Of a DNA stretch of 64,000 nt, positions 44,057-54,228 are shown in pieces (positions within the stretch are counted from its first letter, which is position 1; each line of letters starts with the position of its first letter). Position numbers and translations under genes: made by a program. The notes under the pieces were generated by a model, which was not told the DNA's origin, ran no database searches, and was given only the letters and a program-made list of their open reading frames with translations. This DNA is from a virus (lineage: Duplodnaviria; Caudoviricetes), in the IMG/VR virus record IMGVR_UViG_3300008113_000019, positions 1-64,000 of that record; one strand, written 5' to 3'.

Positions 44057-46462
44057 TTAGAACTCCAAAATTATCTTAATTATTTCTGATTTGTTGCCGC
44101 TTCGAGTAATCGGATCTAGATTTTCAATATATAGAACTTGACCGCTGCCAACAACAAAGTCTCCAGGATATTTATTACTCAAATTCTGAAGGGTAGCACC
44201 AGAAGTTGCACCAACGATATTTCTTACTCCAGCCGGGTCTAGATTATAGATTCCAAATTTATTACTGATATACATGACATCGTCATCAACACCGCCGCCA
44301 AGACTGATAGAGTGGAAAGCACCACGTGGCTTAGCATATTCTACTAGGCTATTCTGTTGAATGGTTTCATCAGAAATAAAGTCTGTACCACCTGAAGGGA
44401 AGTTGCCAACAAGTCTTGATAGTTGAACTGCCGTATCAAAAGATCCTGCAGTTTTATCATTGACTTGAATAGCAGCTTGACCGGCAAGAGCAGTTGTCTG
44501 GATAATGCTAGTCGTATTCGAAGTAAGACCAATGATCTTTGATTCTTCTGTAAACACCCCTGAAACATTTGAAAGTGTAATTTGCCCGGCACTTGTCGAA
44601 GTAACTGTTCCGGATGCCTCTAGAACAAGAGCTGAAATTTCGCAGTTGTCGGCTGTAAATGTAGAATTGGTAGATGCAGTAATCTGATAATCGTAAGGTA
44701 CACTTGCAACAGTCGAAAGATAGTTATTGCTTCCGTTAGTTACTAAAACATAATCGCCAACAGCAAAATTGTCTTTAAATGTCGGGGCCTGCGGGTTTGC
44801 TAGTGCAACCGCAAGTTGACCATTCGAACCGGTAGCTGTACTAATCGAAAGTGTTGGAACCGTAACATAATTATTACCTTGATTGGTTACTGTAACCGAA
44901 GTGATTACACCTGATCCATTATTAGCAAAGGTCGCAGCAAAGCCAGATCCACCTGTGCCGGTGTTGTTTACAGTAATTGTATCAACTGCACTGTTGTATC
45001 CGGTACCGCCATTTGTGATGGTAACAGTTGATGAAATACGTCCCTGGTCTGTTTTCTTAATAGTGCTATTTGATGCGGTTACTGATACGTTTCCGTGTAG
45101 CTTATATTGCTTGAATTGATGTACTGTTTCGCCGATCGTAAAGCTGCCGCCTACAGTATTTGCCGATCTTAAAATAATATCTACATTTGTGAATAAAGGA
45201 TTTTTTACAATTCCGACTTGACGGAAATCATTCTCAACTGGAATAGTTCCGCCTTCGCTATTTGTAAATTTTGTGCTGATGCAAACTCTTCTTGCCCCAA
45301 GTTCTTTAAGAGGATCAGCCCCATGCCCGCCGATTGGCGAAATAATCGGCTGAAGTGTTGCAGCCGTGAAATTAGCATTATTTGCAATAGAAGCAGGGAG
45401 ATCAATAAAGGCACTATTAATCGTAACTGGAATAGTATCTGGTGTTTTACCAGCATATGATTCGCCATAGCGATAACCAGCACCAACATTCAGCATTTCG
45501 ATTTCTATGATGGAATTGGCAGTAGAATCGATAATAGCTCTTCCTTCAGCGGAAGTAGTTTCTGTTCCATCACCCCAAACATAAACATACGGATAGACTT
45601 CATACTCGTCACCAGCAGCGGGTGCTGTCGTAAATGCAGAGTCTAAAGTAAAGATCTTCTGACCACCAACACCACGATAATCAACAATTCGACGATATTG
45701 TCCTGCAGCTCCTACAGAGGAGTTGGTAATCTTGATTACACAACCACGGTAATAGTCATCTTCAGCTTCGGCATCGTCAGGTGCACCATAAACTTCACTC
45801 GATCCTCCGACTGAAAGATCGGTTGTTCTAAACACACCGTTTTCAATATAGTTGTCATAACCACGTCCGCGAGTAATAATATCAATTACTTCAATCGTTC
45901 CGTCAACTGCACCATCCTGTACGGTTGTATTAGCAACAACTGGAATATAATTTCCAGTTGCAAACTTTTCATATTGTGTTTTTGAGATGCTATACATGTA
46001 CTTCCAAATATAACCGTCGCCGGTAATAATTGGATCTAAGGTTTTTGTTGAAGGAGCAACAGTAGAATTTACATTGACTGTAGTATTGCTAGCATTGAAT
46101 AGGCACTTATAAACATTGAACTCTGTGCTATCGTCTACAACAGTATAGAATCTCTTGTCGTAAAGATCACCATCACGATGATCATACTTGTAATAGAAAG
46201 TATTTGAAGTCCAAAGATACTTATTAACAACATGTACAACATCGCTGGAAGAAATTCTCTTGGCGAAGATCATGTTATCATAGACGTCAAGGTTTGTTGA
46301 CTTCAAACTATTATTCGGTGTAGTTAGGTTTGCATCACTTCCAGGATATGGAGTATGCTTACCAGCAAAGACAAAGTAATCGTTGTTTGCAAAAGAGCTC
46401 ACAAAACTTGCGGCGCTTTCTACATTAAAATTTGTTGTTACAAGTTTCTGAGTAACTGACAT
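44057..46462 (-). CDS. 8: Baseplate wedge subunit (gp8-like), enlarged
   Basis: VYKCLFN, GDGYIWKYMYSI, IISPIGGHGADPLKELGA, NDFRQVGIVKNP, SGQVLYIENLDPITRSGNKSEIIKIILEF. Confidence 0.85.
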   Translation of the reverse strand: MSVTQKLVTTNFNVESAASFVSSFANNDYFVFAGKHTPYPGSDANLTTPNNSLKSTNLDVYDNMIFAKRISSSDVVHVVNKYLWTSNTFYYKYDHRDGDLYDKRFYTVVDDSTEFNVYKCLFNASNTTVNVNSTVAPSTKTLDPIITGDGYIWKYMYSISKTQYEKFATGNYIPVVANTTVQDGAVDGTIEVIDIITRGRGYDNYIENGVFRTTDLSVGGSSEVYGAPDDAEAEDDYYRGCVIKITNSSVGAAGQYRRIVDYRGVGGQKIFTLDSAFTTAPAAGDEYEVYPYVYVWGDGTETTSAEGRAIIDSTANSIIEIEMLNVGAGYRYGESYAGKTPDTIPVTINSAFIDLPASIANNANFTAATLQPIISPIGGHGADPLKELGARRVCISTKFTNSEGGTIPVENDFRQVGIVKNPLFTNVDIILRSANTVGGSFTIGETVHQFKQYKLHGNVSVTASNSTIKKTDQGRISSTVTITNGGTGYNSAVDTITVNNTGTGGSGFAATFANNGSGVITSVTVTNQGNNYVTVPTLSISTATGSNGQLAVALANPQAPTFKDNFAVGDYVLVTNGSNNYLSTVASVPYDYQITASTNSTFTADNCEISALVLEASGTVTSTSAGQITLSNVSGVFTEESKIIGLTSNTTSIIQTTALAGQAAIQVNDKTAGSFDTAVQLSRLVGNFPSGGTDFISDETIQQNSLVEYAKPRGAFHSISLGGGVDDDVMYISNKFGIYNLDPAGVRNIVGATSGATLQNLSNKYPGDFVVGSGQVLYIENLDPITRSGNKSEIIKIILEF

Positions 46463-49400
46463 TTATTCCTCGATCGTCTTTGTCAAGTAGTGGCCTGATG
46501 TTGCAGCTCCACTTGCTGTAGTATTAGCTGTTATATTTATAGGAGTTCCATTCGCAGTGCTTGCAAGCTTTACTGTAGTTCCGGATGTCTGAACAATATA
46601 ATAATTAGTATTGTTTGCTAGACCCTGGACAATAGTATTTGCTGCAGCTGTAGTATATCTTACAATATCTCCATTCGCAAATGGATTTGGCGTAATATCA
46701 GTATCAATCGTTTCATTCACAGAACTGACATCTGTGGCTGAGTTAAACTGTACTTCTTGACCGGTTGCAATCTCTGAAAGTTCTACTGTTGCCGAGTCTT
46801 CTTCAACAACAACTGCCGACCCGAAGAACTTCGTGCCAGCTGTGTGCATTACCTTCTTGAACATATCGGCATAGCGATCAACCGAGATCTTTGAAAGAAT
46901 CTCATAAGAATATTCTTGATAGTAATCGCCATCATGCACATACATGTCTTCTGAGAGGAAGCCCTTTGTACTTCTGTAATAACCCTTGCCAATCCCGTGA
47001 CCATCAATTACAACCTTGATCGACCCAGCTCTGAGTCCGTCTTCTGATGTATATTGTAGTACATCACCATTCGAATAACCGATACCAGAGTCAACAACCT
47101 GAAGAGATGTGACCTGTCCGTTTGCGGTAATAACATTTGCTTCGATATCTGCATTAAGTCCGATCGGATATAGAACATCTAGATCTTGTGCTACGCCAAC
47201 CACATTTGCAGAAACACCTGAAACATCACCAATCAGCAACGATCCTTCTTGGAATGTGTTTTCGAATGTAAGTCTCTTCACACGAACAACTGATGTGTTT
47301 GCCGACTTGACAATACCCTTTGCAGTCGAGGTGATTTGATACAGCGCAATATTTGAAACGTTTGCGCTTGCGTATGGATTCGAATACGAGTGTAGAGTAT
47401 TTGTTGTAAGTGCACCGGTATTACCAGACACACGAACAAATCCGTTTGCTCCGACGGTATAGATTGATTGCACCGTAACGTTCACAACCGGTGAACTGTT
47501 TACATACAGACGATCTCCTGGTAAGAATCCAGGAACGGTCGAGAATGTATGTGATTCTGCTGCACCGACTGTAGCATTTACAGTCTTGGCCGCACCGCCG
47601 CGAGTATCAGATAGTTGGAATCCAACTGTGTTTGCATTGACAATATAGTACGCAGTGTTATTTGCCAGACCTGCAATCACGGTATTTGATGCTGGTGTTC
47701 TGTACAGAAGTCTCTGGTTGTTGGCAAACTCGTTTGCATACTTTACCAGATTATGCCCGTTTGCATCTGCATTATAATATCTCAGGAAGTGGCCGGAACC
47801 TCCAGGATTGAGAGCGGTAATATCAACGTTTGCTCCAGAAACGGTTTCGGACAGAGCAAGACCGGTGCTGTTTGCGTATCTTACATAGTATAGTGCGTTG
47901 TTCGTCAGGCCGGTAACTACAGTATTTCCGGCGGCAGTCAGATATCTGACTTGTTGGCCGTTTGCAAACAATGTGTTCGCATTCGTAATACTGATAAAGT
48001 TAGCAGTTCCATTTACAGAGGTGTTTGAGTTGAATGTCGCTACGTTCGAAGTCTGTGTAATATTTAGATTTGCGCCGCCGACGGTTGATGAAAGAGTAAC
48101 TCCAGTAGAGTTAGCATACGCAACAAAATAGAACGCGTTATTTGATAGACCAGTTAGTGCAGTATTTCCGGTGTTGGTATAATAACGCACATACGAGTTT
48201 GCTGGATAATTTACGTCTGCATTTGCAATTGTAATAAAGTCGGTATTTGAGTTGACTTCATCTGTAGTATTAAATGTTACAGTGTTTGATGCATACAAAA
48301 TAAAGTCATTTGCACTTTGAATCTCGTCTTTTGTATTCACTGTTGCGATTTTTTCATCAAACGTATTGCTGTATGCACCATCATCTACCTTTAGATCATA
48401 GTACACAAGATTGGCAAGTATTTGATTTACTCTTTCACCTACAACAAACACACCAGTAGAATCAGTAACAGTGATCACAAAGTCTTTTCGATTGAATCCA
48501 GAAATGTATGGCTGGTGTGCAATAACATATGGGTCGACGTTATAACCAGAACCTGGGTCGACACCAGATAGTGATCCGATCGACCCTATCGTAAACTTAT
48601 TAAACGAAAGACACGAGAAGATAGTATTCTTTGAATCACCCTGTGGATTCTTTGGGAATCCAAAAGCAGCGGCCGCAACCGGAAGAGCAGAATATGCCTG
48701 GTTTGCTTGTGTAAGAGTCGTGTATACTGTAATGGAGTTGATAGCGGTATTTGTTGTAGTACCACTATACTTGATCACATTGCTATTTGCATATGTTGTG
48801 GTATTTGCAGTTCCGCCGGTATTTCCAAATGTGTTATGGTTATCTTTTGTTCGGATCACGCCAGAACCGATTTCAAAAACTGTTCCGTGTGCCATTTTAT
48901 ACAGATAATGACCAACTTCATTAACTTTATTATTGGCGAATGTCGAGAAGTTAGTTGAATTGATTTGATCGGATTTGCGATAAGGATACGACAGAATAAT
49001 ACCTGTAGTATTCGCTGCAGCAACGTAATAGTAATCGCCATTAAACAGCCCGGTAAGAGCGGTGTTTCCTGTTGCTACTTCATATCTGACAATGTCGCCG
49101 ACTGTGAATCGTGTATTTGCAGTCGGAAGAGTAATGAATCCGGTTGTTGCATTCACCGAACTGTTTGCGTTAAATCCGATTTTACTTACTTCTTGATAGA
49201 CTCTGTCACCAACAGTAAATCCAGTATTCGATGTTACTGTCAGAACAACACGATCATAATCGAGAGTTCCGACTCCATTTGCAGAGATTAGATCGGTGCC
49301 GATGAAAACATCTTCTGTATCACCAAGAGTTCCGACGTTAAATTCTGCTCCAGATCCAAAGCTAGTAGTTAATGGAACTGCTGTCGTGTTTGTTGTCTGT

Positions 49401-51148
49401 GTGAACAGTCTTGCATGTTCTGACGCAACATAGTCACCGCCAGCATTTGCAACGGTGTATGTTACAACTGTAGCTTGTGATGTATTCGAGTCGGTATAAA
49501 ATCTATCCGTCTCTGTAAAGTATCCCTTCACAGGAATAAATGTAAGGTTACCAGTTCCAGTTCCAGAATCGTGTGAAACCGTCAGCAGAAGACCCTCAGC
49601 GATCTTCTTGCCGGCACTATCATAGCGATAGATTCTGTTACTCACTGGTAATTCGTTGTTATTGGCCGACGAATACTTCAGTGTGTTAATGAACTTTTTA
49701 ATTTCATAAACACCAACTGTAAGATTTACTTCAGCCACATTTGCAGAGACTGCCGAGTTTGTTGAAACTTCAAGTCTCTGGCCAATTGGGAATGTTCCGC
49801 GGGCGGAAGTAAGAACAAGTGTATTGCCACCAGGAACTTGTGTGATACTTTGAACTAGGCCACTGCCAACAATTGCCGATGTGTTCTTGTACAAGACAGA
49901 ATCGCCAACTGTCAGGGTGCCAGTCTGATCGGTAATAGAAATGGTGTATACATCAGGGATACCCATCACCTTTCCGCCAATGGTACGATCTTCAATCGTA
50001 TTGGCGTAAAACGATACGGCGTTTCCGGTTGTATAATAAGTTGTGGTATTCGTAAACACACCATTCACATGTGAGATCATCACTGTACCATTGGTATCAG
50101 TCTGATCTAGATCAATGACTTTACCGGCCCCAGCTAGTTGACCGTTTGCTGCATAACGGAATAGTGTATCACCAATCGCAAGGTTTGCAGTGGCACTGGT
50201 GAATGTGGCATTCACAATTGGCTCTACTGCTTGCTCGAATAGTTTAAAGTATTGGTCGCTATTTGTGTTGGCAACTACATTATCAAGGGTAATTACTTTT
50301 TCAGAGATGATTGATTCAGAGTCAAGAGTGTATCCGTATCCGCCATCAATAAAGATGAAATCAACAATCCCAGTGGCTTCGCTAACTGCTTCAACTCGTG
50401 CTAATCCGCCAGTACCATTCGTCGATCCGGTAAATGTTACAATATCACCAACACGAAAATCACGGCCACGGTCTTGGATCAATACTCTTTTTACAGAACC
50501 AAGTAACTTTGCTCTTTTTGCTCTGTCGTATACCGGTTGATTGTTAACATTCAAGCCGATGAGTTCGCCATTGGTAAACTCGCCTTGTCGACCAGAGATA
50601 TAAAGCAGATCTACATATCCAGCAGAGGTACGACGGCGAATAAACTTCTCGACAAAAGCCTTTGCACCAGACAGTGCACCGACAACTTGCTTGCCTACAT
50701 AATCTACGTTGTATCTGTTATGAGTAATTTCTAGATATTCTGGTCGTTCCCAAACGCCGTCAGACACACGTAGAATGTTGTCAGCAGGATAGCGTACTTC
50801 GGCAGACGTGCCGTATACCAGTTTAAAGAATAGGTCGATAGAACGCTCTGTACCCTTTGAGCGGTACAGGTCAAGCGAGTTCTTGATCAGAAGTTCTTTG
50901 TTTGTAGCAGTATCGAACTGAATATTTTTGAGATACTTCTCTTTGAACTGTACAATAAACTCGTCAACTGTCGTATCGATATCACGATAGTCTGGAAGCT
51001 TACGAGCTTGATACAGAACATTATTAGCAGTTTCCATCCATTCAAAATATGCTTTGGCGAAAGCAATGAACTGCGGGCCCTCTTCCTTATAGAATGAAGG
51101 AAACTGGTTCTCGATGAATGGAGAAATGATTGCTTCTATTTTTTTCAT
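46463..51148 (-). CDS. Baseplate wedge subunit (gp7-like) with repeated inserted modules
   Basis: QFPSFYKEEGPQFIAFAKAYFEW, LYRSKGTERS, DGDYYQEYSYEI, HTAGTKFFG; lies between gp6 and gp8. Confidence 0.75.
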   Translation of the reverse strand: MKKIEAIISPFIENQFPSFYKEEGPQFIAFAKAYFEWMETANNVLYQARKLPDYRDIDTTVDEFIVQFKEKYLKNIQFDTATNKELLIKNSLDLYRSKGTERSIDLFFKLVYGTSAEVRYPADNILRVSDGVWERPEYLEITHNRYNVDYVGKQVVGALSGAKAFVEKFIRRRTSAGYVDLLYISGRQGEFTNGELIGLNVNNQPVYDRAKRAKLLGSVKRVLIQDRGRDFRVGDIVTFTGSTNGTGGLARVEAVSEATGIVDFIFIDGGYGYTLDSESIISEKVITLDNVVANTNSDQYFKLFEQAVEPIVNATFTSATANLAIGDTLFRYAANGQLAGAGKVIDLDQTDTNGTVMISHVNGVFTNTTTYYTTGNAVSFYANTIEDRTIGGKVMGIPDVYTISITDQTGTLTVGDSVLYKNTSAIVGSGLVQSITQVPGGNTLVLTSARGTFPIGQRLEVSTNSAVSANVAEVNLTVGVYEIKKFINTLKYSSANNNELPVSNRIYRYDSAGKKIAEGLLLTVSHDSGTGTGNLTFIPVKGYFTETDRFYTDSNTSQATVVTYTVANAGGDYVASEHARLFTQTTNTTAVPLTTSFGSGAEFNVGTLGDTEDVFIGTDLISANGVGTLDYDRVVLTVTSNTGFTVGDRVYQEVSKIGFNANSSVNATTGFITLPTANTRFTVGDIVRYEVATGNTALTGLFNGDYYYVAAANTTGIILSYPYRKSDQINSTNFSTFANNKVNEVGHYLYKMAHGTVFEIGSGVIRTKDNHNTFGNTGGTANTTTYANSNVIKYSGTTTNTAINSITVYTTLTQANQAYSALPVAAAAFGFPKNPQGDSKNTIFSCLSFNKFTIGSIGSLSGVDPGSGYNVDPYVIAHQPYISGFNRKDFVITVTDSTGVFVVGERVNQILANLVYYDLKVDDGAYSNTFDEKIATVNTKDEIQSANDFILYASNTVTFNTTDEVNSNTDFITIANADVNYPANSYVRYYTNTGNTALTGLSNNAFYFVAYANSTGVTLSSTVGGANLNITQTSNVATFNSNTSVNGTANFISITNANTLFANGQQVRYLTAAGNTVVTGLTNNALYYVRYANSTGLALSETVSGANVDITALNPGGSGHFLRYYNADANGHNLVKYANEFANNQRLLYRTPASNTVIAGLANNTAYYIVNANTVGFQLSDTRGGAAKTVNATVGAAESHTFSTVPGFLPGDRLYVNSSPVVNVTVQSIYTVGANGFVRVSGNTGALTTNTLHSYSNPYASANVSNIALYQITSTAKGIVKSANTSVVRVKRLTFENTFQEGSLLIGDVSGVSANVVGVAQDLDVLYPIGLNADIEANVITANGQVTSLQVVDSGIGYSNGDVLQYTSEDGLRAGSIKVVIDGHGIGKGYYRSTKGFLSEDMYVHDGDYYQEYSYEILSKISVDRYADMFKKVMHTAGTKFFGSAVVVEEDSATVELSEIATGQEVQFNSATDVSSVNETIDTDITPNPFANGDIVRYTTAAANTIVQGLANNTNYYIVQTSGTTVKLASTANGTPINITANTTASGAATSGHYLTKTIEE

Positions 51149-52944
51149 TATTCTCTAATCTGTTCGACAGTGATATTCACATCTGGCTCGATAATATTTA
51201 AGATCACGTTCTGGATAGCGGTGATATCACGCGATCTTGGTTCAGCATAGATCTTTAGCGATGTACCAGAATAATTTTGAATATTGAAGTTATTTAATCT
51301 AACCACGCCGGTGTCATAATCAACAGTTCCGATATCAACAATCTTCTTATGATTTGCCCCAACTGGTGTCACGATTCGAACAACGCCGTCGCCGTTGTCT
51401 TCTAGAACACAGTTTTGGATTCCGGTATATGTGAACGGTGTTGAAGTAATCGCATGAACGTCAACAATAGGATGTTCATCGCTCAACAAAGGAATCTCTT
51501 GAGTCAGAGGGCACTTGAAATCAATAGTTAAGTTCAGAGGCACACCAAGTTCTGGTGTCAAGTACTTTACAAGATTGATGTCGGTTTCATTGCTGATGAT
51601 GCTAGCGTCTGTAGCATCAATTGCTTGAACTAGCTTCGAGTATCTGAAAGTCTTCGAGAAGCTATTCAGGCTTGTCGAGGCATAATTCAGAATAGAGTCG
51701 ATAACGAATGCACGAAGATCTTCTGGATTCTGCCCAGTTCTGTTGATATTGTATCTTACCGTGCTATCGATCTTCAGGTACGTGTAATCCGGAGTAATAA
51801 ACAGCGGCTCCATCGCTACCGAAGAACGTGAGCGAAGGAATCTCTTGTACTCATCTTCTTTGATCTTTGGTAGACCATCGACATCTGTCAGGTCAACCGA
51901 AACGAAGATGCGACCATACTGCGGAGGTGTAGCATCTTCGCCGCCATATGCAGTCACTGCATTGATCTCCGGGAAGTTTGCCTTGAGAAGATTCTCGTAG
52001 TCCTCTGCAGTTACAGCTCTTTCTTGTGTAGTGAAAGCACGTGGAGCATTGAACTTGATCGAGTTTAGATCTTCGGCAACAGCACCGTCCGCAGCTGCAC
52101 TCACCGTCGTAATTGCCACGTTCGCTTCGTTGTCAATACGACCGGCGTTGATGAATTTAAAGGCACCATTCGGTAATTCGCCGTTTGATACTCGGTATTC
52201 AATAATTACAATTGCATTATTCTTTGGTTTACGACCGACTACGCCATCGCCAAATACTACTTCATACGAGTCGCCAACAGCTGGCTGTAAGAAGAATACT
52301 TTTGAGTTTTCATCATGCCCAAAAAGCGAAGTTGCACGAGAATATTCAAGTGTTGTAGAACCGTTGTCCTCAAGCACTGTAACGCTAATGCTAGAAATGT
52401 CTACATTTCTGTTGCTGATTTTATAGATTAAAGGATTGCTATAGTTAACAACAGAGGTGTCACTTAAGTAATTGCCTTCGTAAATAGTAATGGTTTCACT
52501 TACAAAAGTTCCATTTACTTTATTTGTAATTACTATGTTTTCATTTGTACTAAATGTATACGTAAAATCATCCACACGAGAAATAAATGTGGTTCCCTTT
52601 GGAATAACAATAGAATTTTTATTCGAATCTGTTGGAGTAATTCTCAGTTGGACTTTTGCAGTAGCTGAAGTAAATGATCGAGGAAGATAGTTTAACTCTT
52701 TTGCGTGCGAAACTACACTGTCACGAAGACGTGCACTATCAAGAAACATTTCGTTACCAATCATATTCAGATAAAATGCATTCTGATATGTATTATAAGC
52801 AAGTACATCGAGCAAAACAGAAAGATTGCTTCCATCAAAATCATAATCTTTGAACTCATCTTGTGCAGTAAGATAAGTTTTTAACGAACTTTTGAATTCG
52901 TTAAAGTCAAGTTGTGTAAGAATGATACTTGAATTGGCGGCCAT
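51148..52944 (-). CDS. 6: Baseplate wedge subunit (gp6-like)
   Basis: LDFNEFKSSLKTYL, DYDFDGSNLSVLLDVLAYNT, SHAKELNYLPRS, FGDGVVG, QERAVTAEDY, GTVDYDTG. Confidence 0.93.
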   Translation of the reverse strand: MAANSSIILTQLDFNEFKSSLKTYLTAQDEFKDYDFDGSNLSVLLDVLAYNTYQNAFYLNMIGNEMFLDSARLRDSVVSHAKELNYLPRSFTSATAKVQLRITPTDSNKNSIVIPKGTTFISRVDDFTYTFSTNENIVITNKVNGTFVSETITIYEGNYLSDTSVVNYSNPLIYKISNRNVDISSISVTVLEDNGSTTLEYSRATSLFGHDENSKVFFLQPAVGDSYEVVFGDGVVGRKPKNNAIVIIEYRVSNGELPNGAFKFINAGRIDNEANVAITTVSAAADGAVAEDLNSIKFNAPRAFTTQERAVTAEDYENLLKANFPEINAVTAYGGEDATPPQYGRIFVSVDLTDVDGLPKIKEDEYKRFLRSRSSVAMEPLFITPDYTYLKIDSTVRYNINRTGQNPEDLRAFVIDSILNYASTSLNSFSKTFRYSKLVQAIDATDASIISNETDINLVKYLTPELGVPLNLTIDFKCPLTQEIPLLSDEHPIVDVHAITSTPFTYTGIQNCVLEDNGDGVVRIVTPVGANHKKIVDIGTVDYDTGVVRLNNFNIQNYSGTSLKIYAEPRSRDITAIQNVILNIIEPDVNITVEQIRE

Positions 52945-53381
52945 TATCTTGCTCTATATAAAGTGATGTTGAGGGCAATAGGAGTGATACTATTTATTAC
53001 TTCAAAAATAATGTATACGTCATAGGTATGAAGATCTTCATTTGGAATAACTTCTACCGTGATTACCCTAGCACGCTTTTCGTGTAGTCTTATTGTTTCT
53101 TCAATAGCATTTTTTAATTGCATCGCTGTAATATCAGACATGTTTTCGAAAAGCAAACTTCTGATTTTGCACCCAATATCTGGTTGAAAAAGTCTTTCGC
53201 CCGGTTCGGTAAGAATTAAATTGCGAACAGCTCTTTTTACAGAATTTTCATTGGTGTATTTTACAAGCCGTTTGTTCTGTGGGTGAGCATTGAAGTTCGT
53301 GTAGAAGTCACTATAATAAGGCTTCTTCTCAGAAGCTTTATCAGTACGCGTTATCTTATCGATACGTGTGATATCTACCAT
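52944..53381 (-). CDS. 25: Baseplate wedge subunit (gp25-like)
   Basis: SVKRAVRNLILTEPGERLFQPDIGCKIRSLLFE. Confidence 0.92.
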   Translation of the reverse strand: MVDITRIDKITRTDKASEKKPYYSDFYTNFNAHPQNKRLVKYTNENSVKRAVRNLILTEPGERLFQPDIGCKIRSLLFENMSDITAMQLKNAIEETIRLHEKRARVITVEVIPNEDLHTYDVYIIFEVINSITPIALNITLYRAR

Positions 53382-53398
53382 TGAACTCTCTTTTTAAA

Positions 53399-53406
53399 TA
53401 TTTATT
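53399..53406 (-). promoter_or_regulatory. Late promoter variant AATAAATA
   Basis: One mismatch, upstream of gp25. Confidence 0.5.
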
Positions 53407-54220
53407 CAGTCGGTAAACCGGTCTTCGGCGAGTGCTTGTGTTTGGTCAATTTAATTTTATCAGATGTGATCTCGTCAGTAGCATCAAGCTTTCCTTCAAT
53501 CTCAACATCGCCTTCGATGAATAGATTGCCAGTAATTCCAACTTCGGTGCCGGCAATATTCACTACACCTGACTTCGAGACAAGATCAATATCTCCATCA
53601 GAGTTGATTTGAATCTTACCTTCATTTGCTACAATCTGTAGATCGCCTTTCACTACGCTAATCGAGTGATCGTTCATAGTAACGCTCACAGAGTCTTTCA
53701 TCGATTTGGTTACGATTGATCCATCCGGAAAGATCTCTACATAAGCTCCTGACTTGTGATACACATGAATACGTTCTGCTTTTGGCGTATCATCAAGCTC
53801 TAGAACATGACCAGATGTTGTGGTAATAGTCTTATTATGTGGATACTTTGCCGCATATGCCGTTCTCTTTTCACCAAGCTCTTCGATATATTCTTTTTGA
53901 ACTGGACCAACACCTCTGGCATGTCTTGATAAAGAATGGTCTGCTTCATTTGGTACGTAGGCAACAGAGCCTATGACATAGGAAAGAGTTTCGTTGATTC
54001 TAAATCCGATTACCTTGGAATCTTCTGTTAACCCAACTGGCGCAACGCCAGCACCTTTGGCATTTGCTCCGGTTGGCGGCATAAGAACATGTGACCAAAA
54101 CAAATCTTCAGATTCTACTCTGTTGCTATGGCCAAGCGTCTCTCTTACTTTTACACGTCCCAGTTTTTCAGGGTCGTTTACATCTACAATTTCGCCTTCA
54201 AACCACTTTTGAATATTCAT
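53402..54220 (-). CDS. 5: Central spike (gp5-like: OB fold plus beta-helix, no lysozyme domain)
   Basis: WFEGEIVDVNDPEKLGRVKVR, YPHNK..TTSGHVLELDDTPKAERIHVYHKSGAYVEI, C-terminal HKH. Confidence 0.85.
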   Translation of the reverse strand: MNIQKWFEGEIVDVNDPEKLGRVKVRETLGHSNRVESEDLFWSHVLMPPTGANAKGAGVAPVGLTEDSKVIGFRINETLSYVIGSVAYVPNEADHSLSRHARGVGPVQKEYIEELGEKRTAYAAKYPHNKTITTTSGHVLELDDTPKAERIHVYHKSGAYVEIFPDGSIVTKSMKDSVSVTMNDHSISVVKGDLQIVANEGKIQINSDGDIDLVSKSGVVNIAGTEVGITGNLFIEGDVEIEGKLDATDEITSDKIKLTKHKHSPKTGLPTE

Positions 54221-54228
54221 GATATCTC

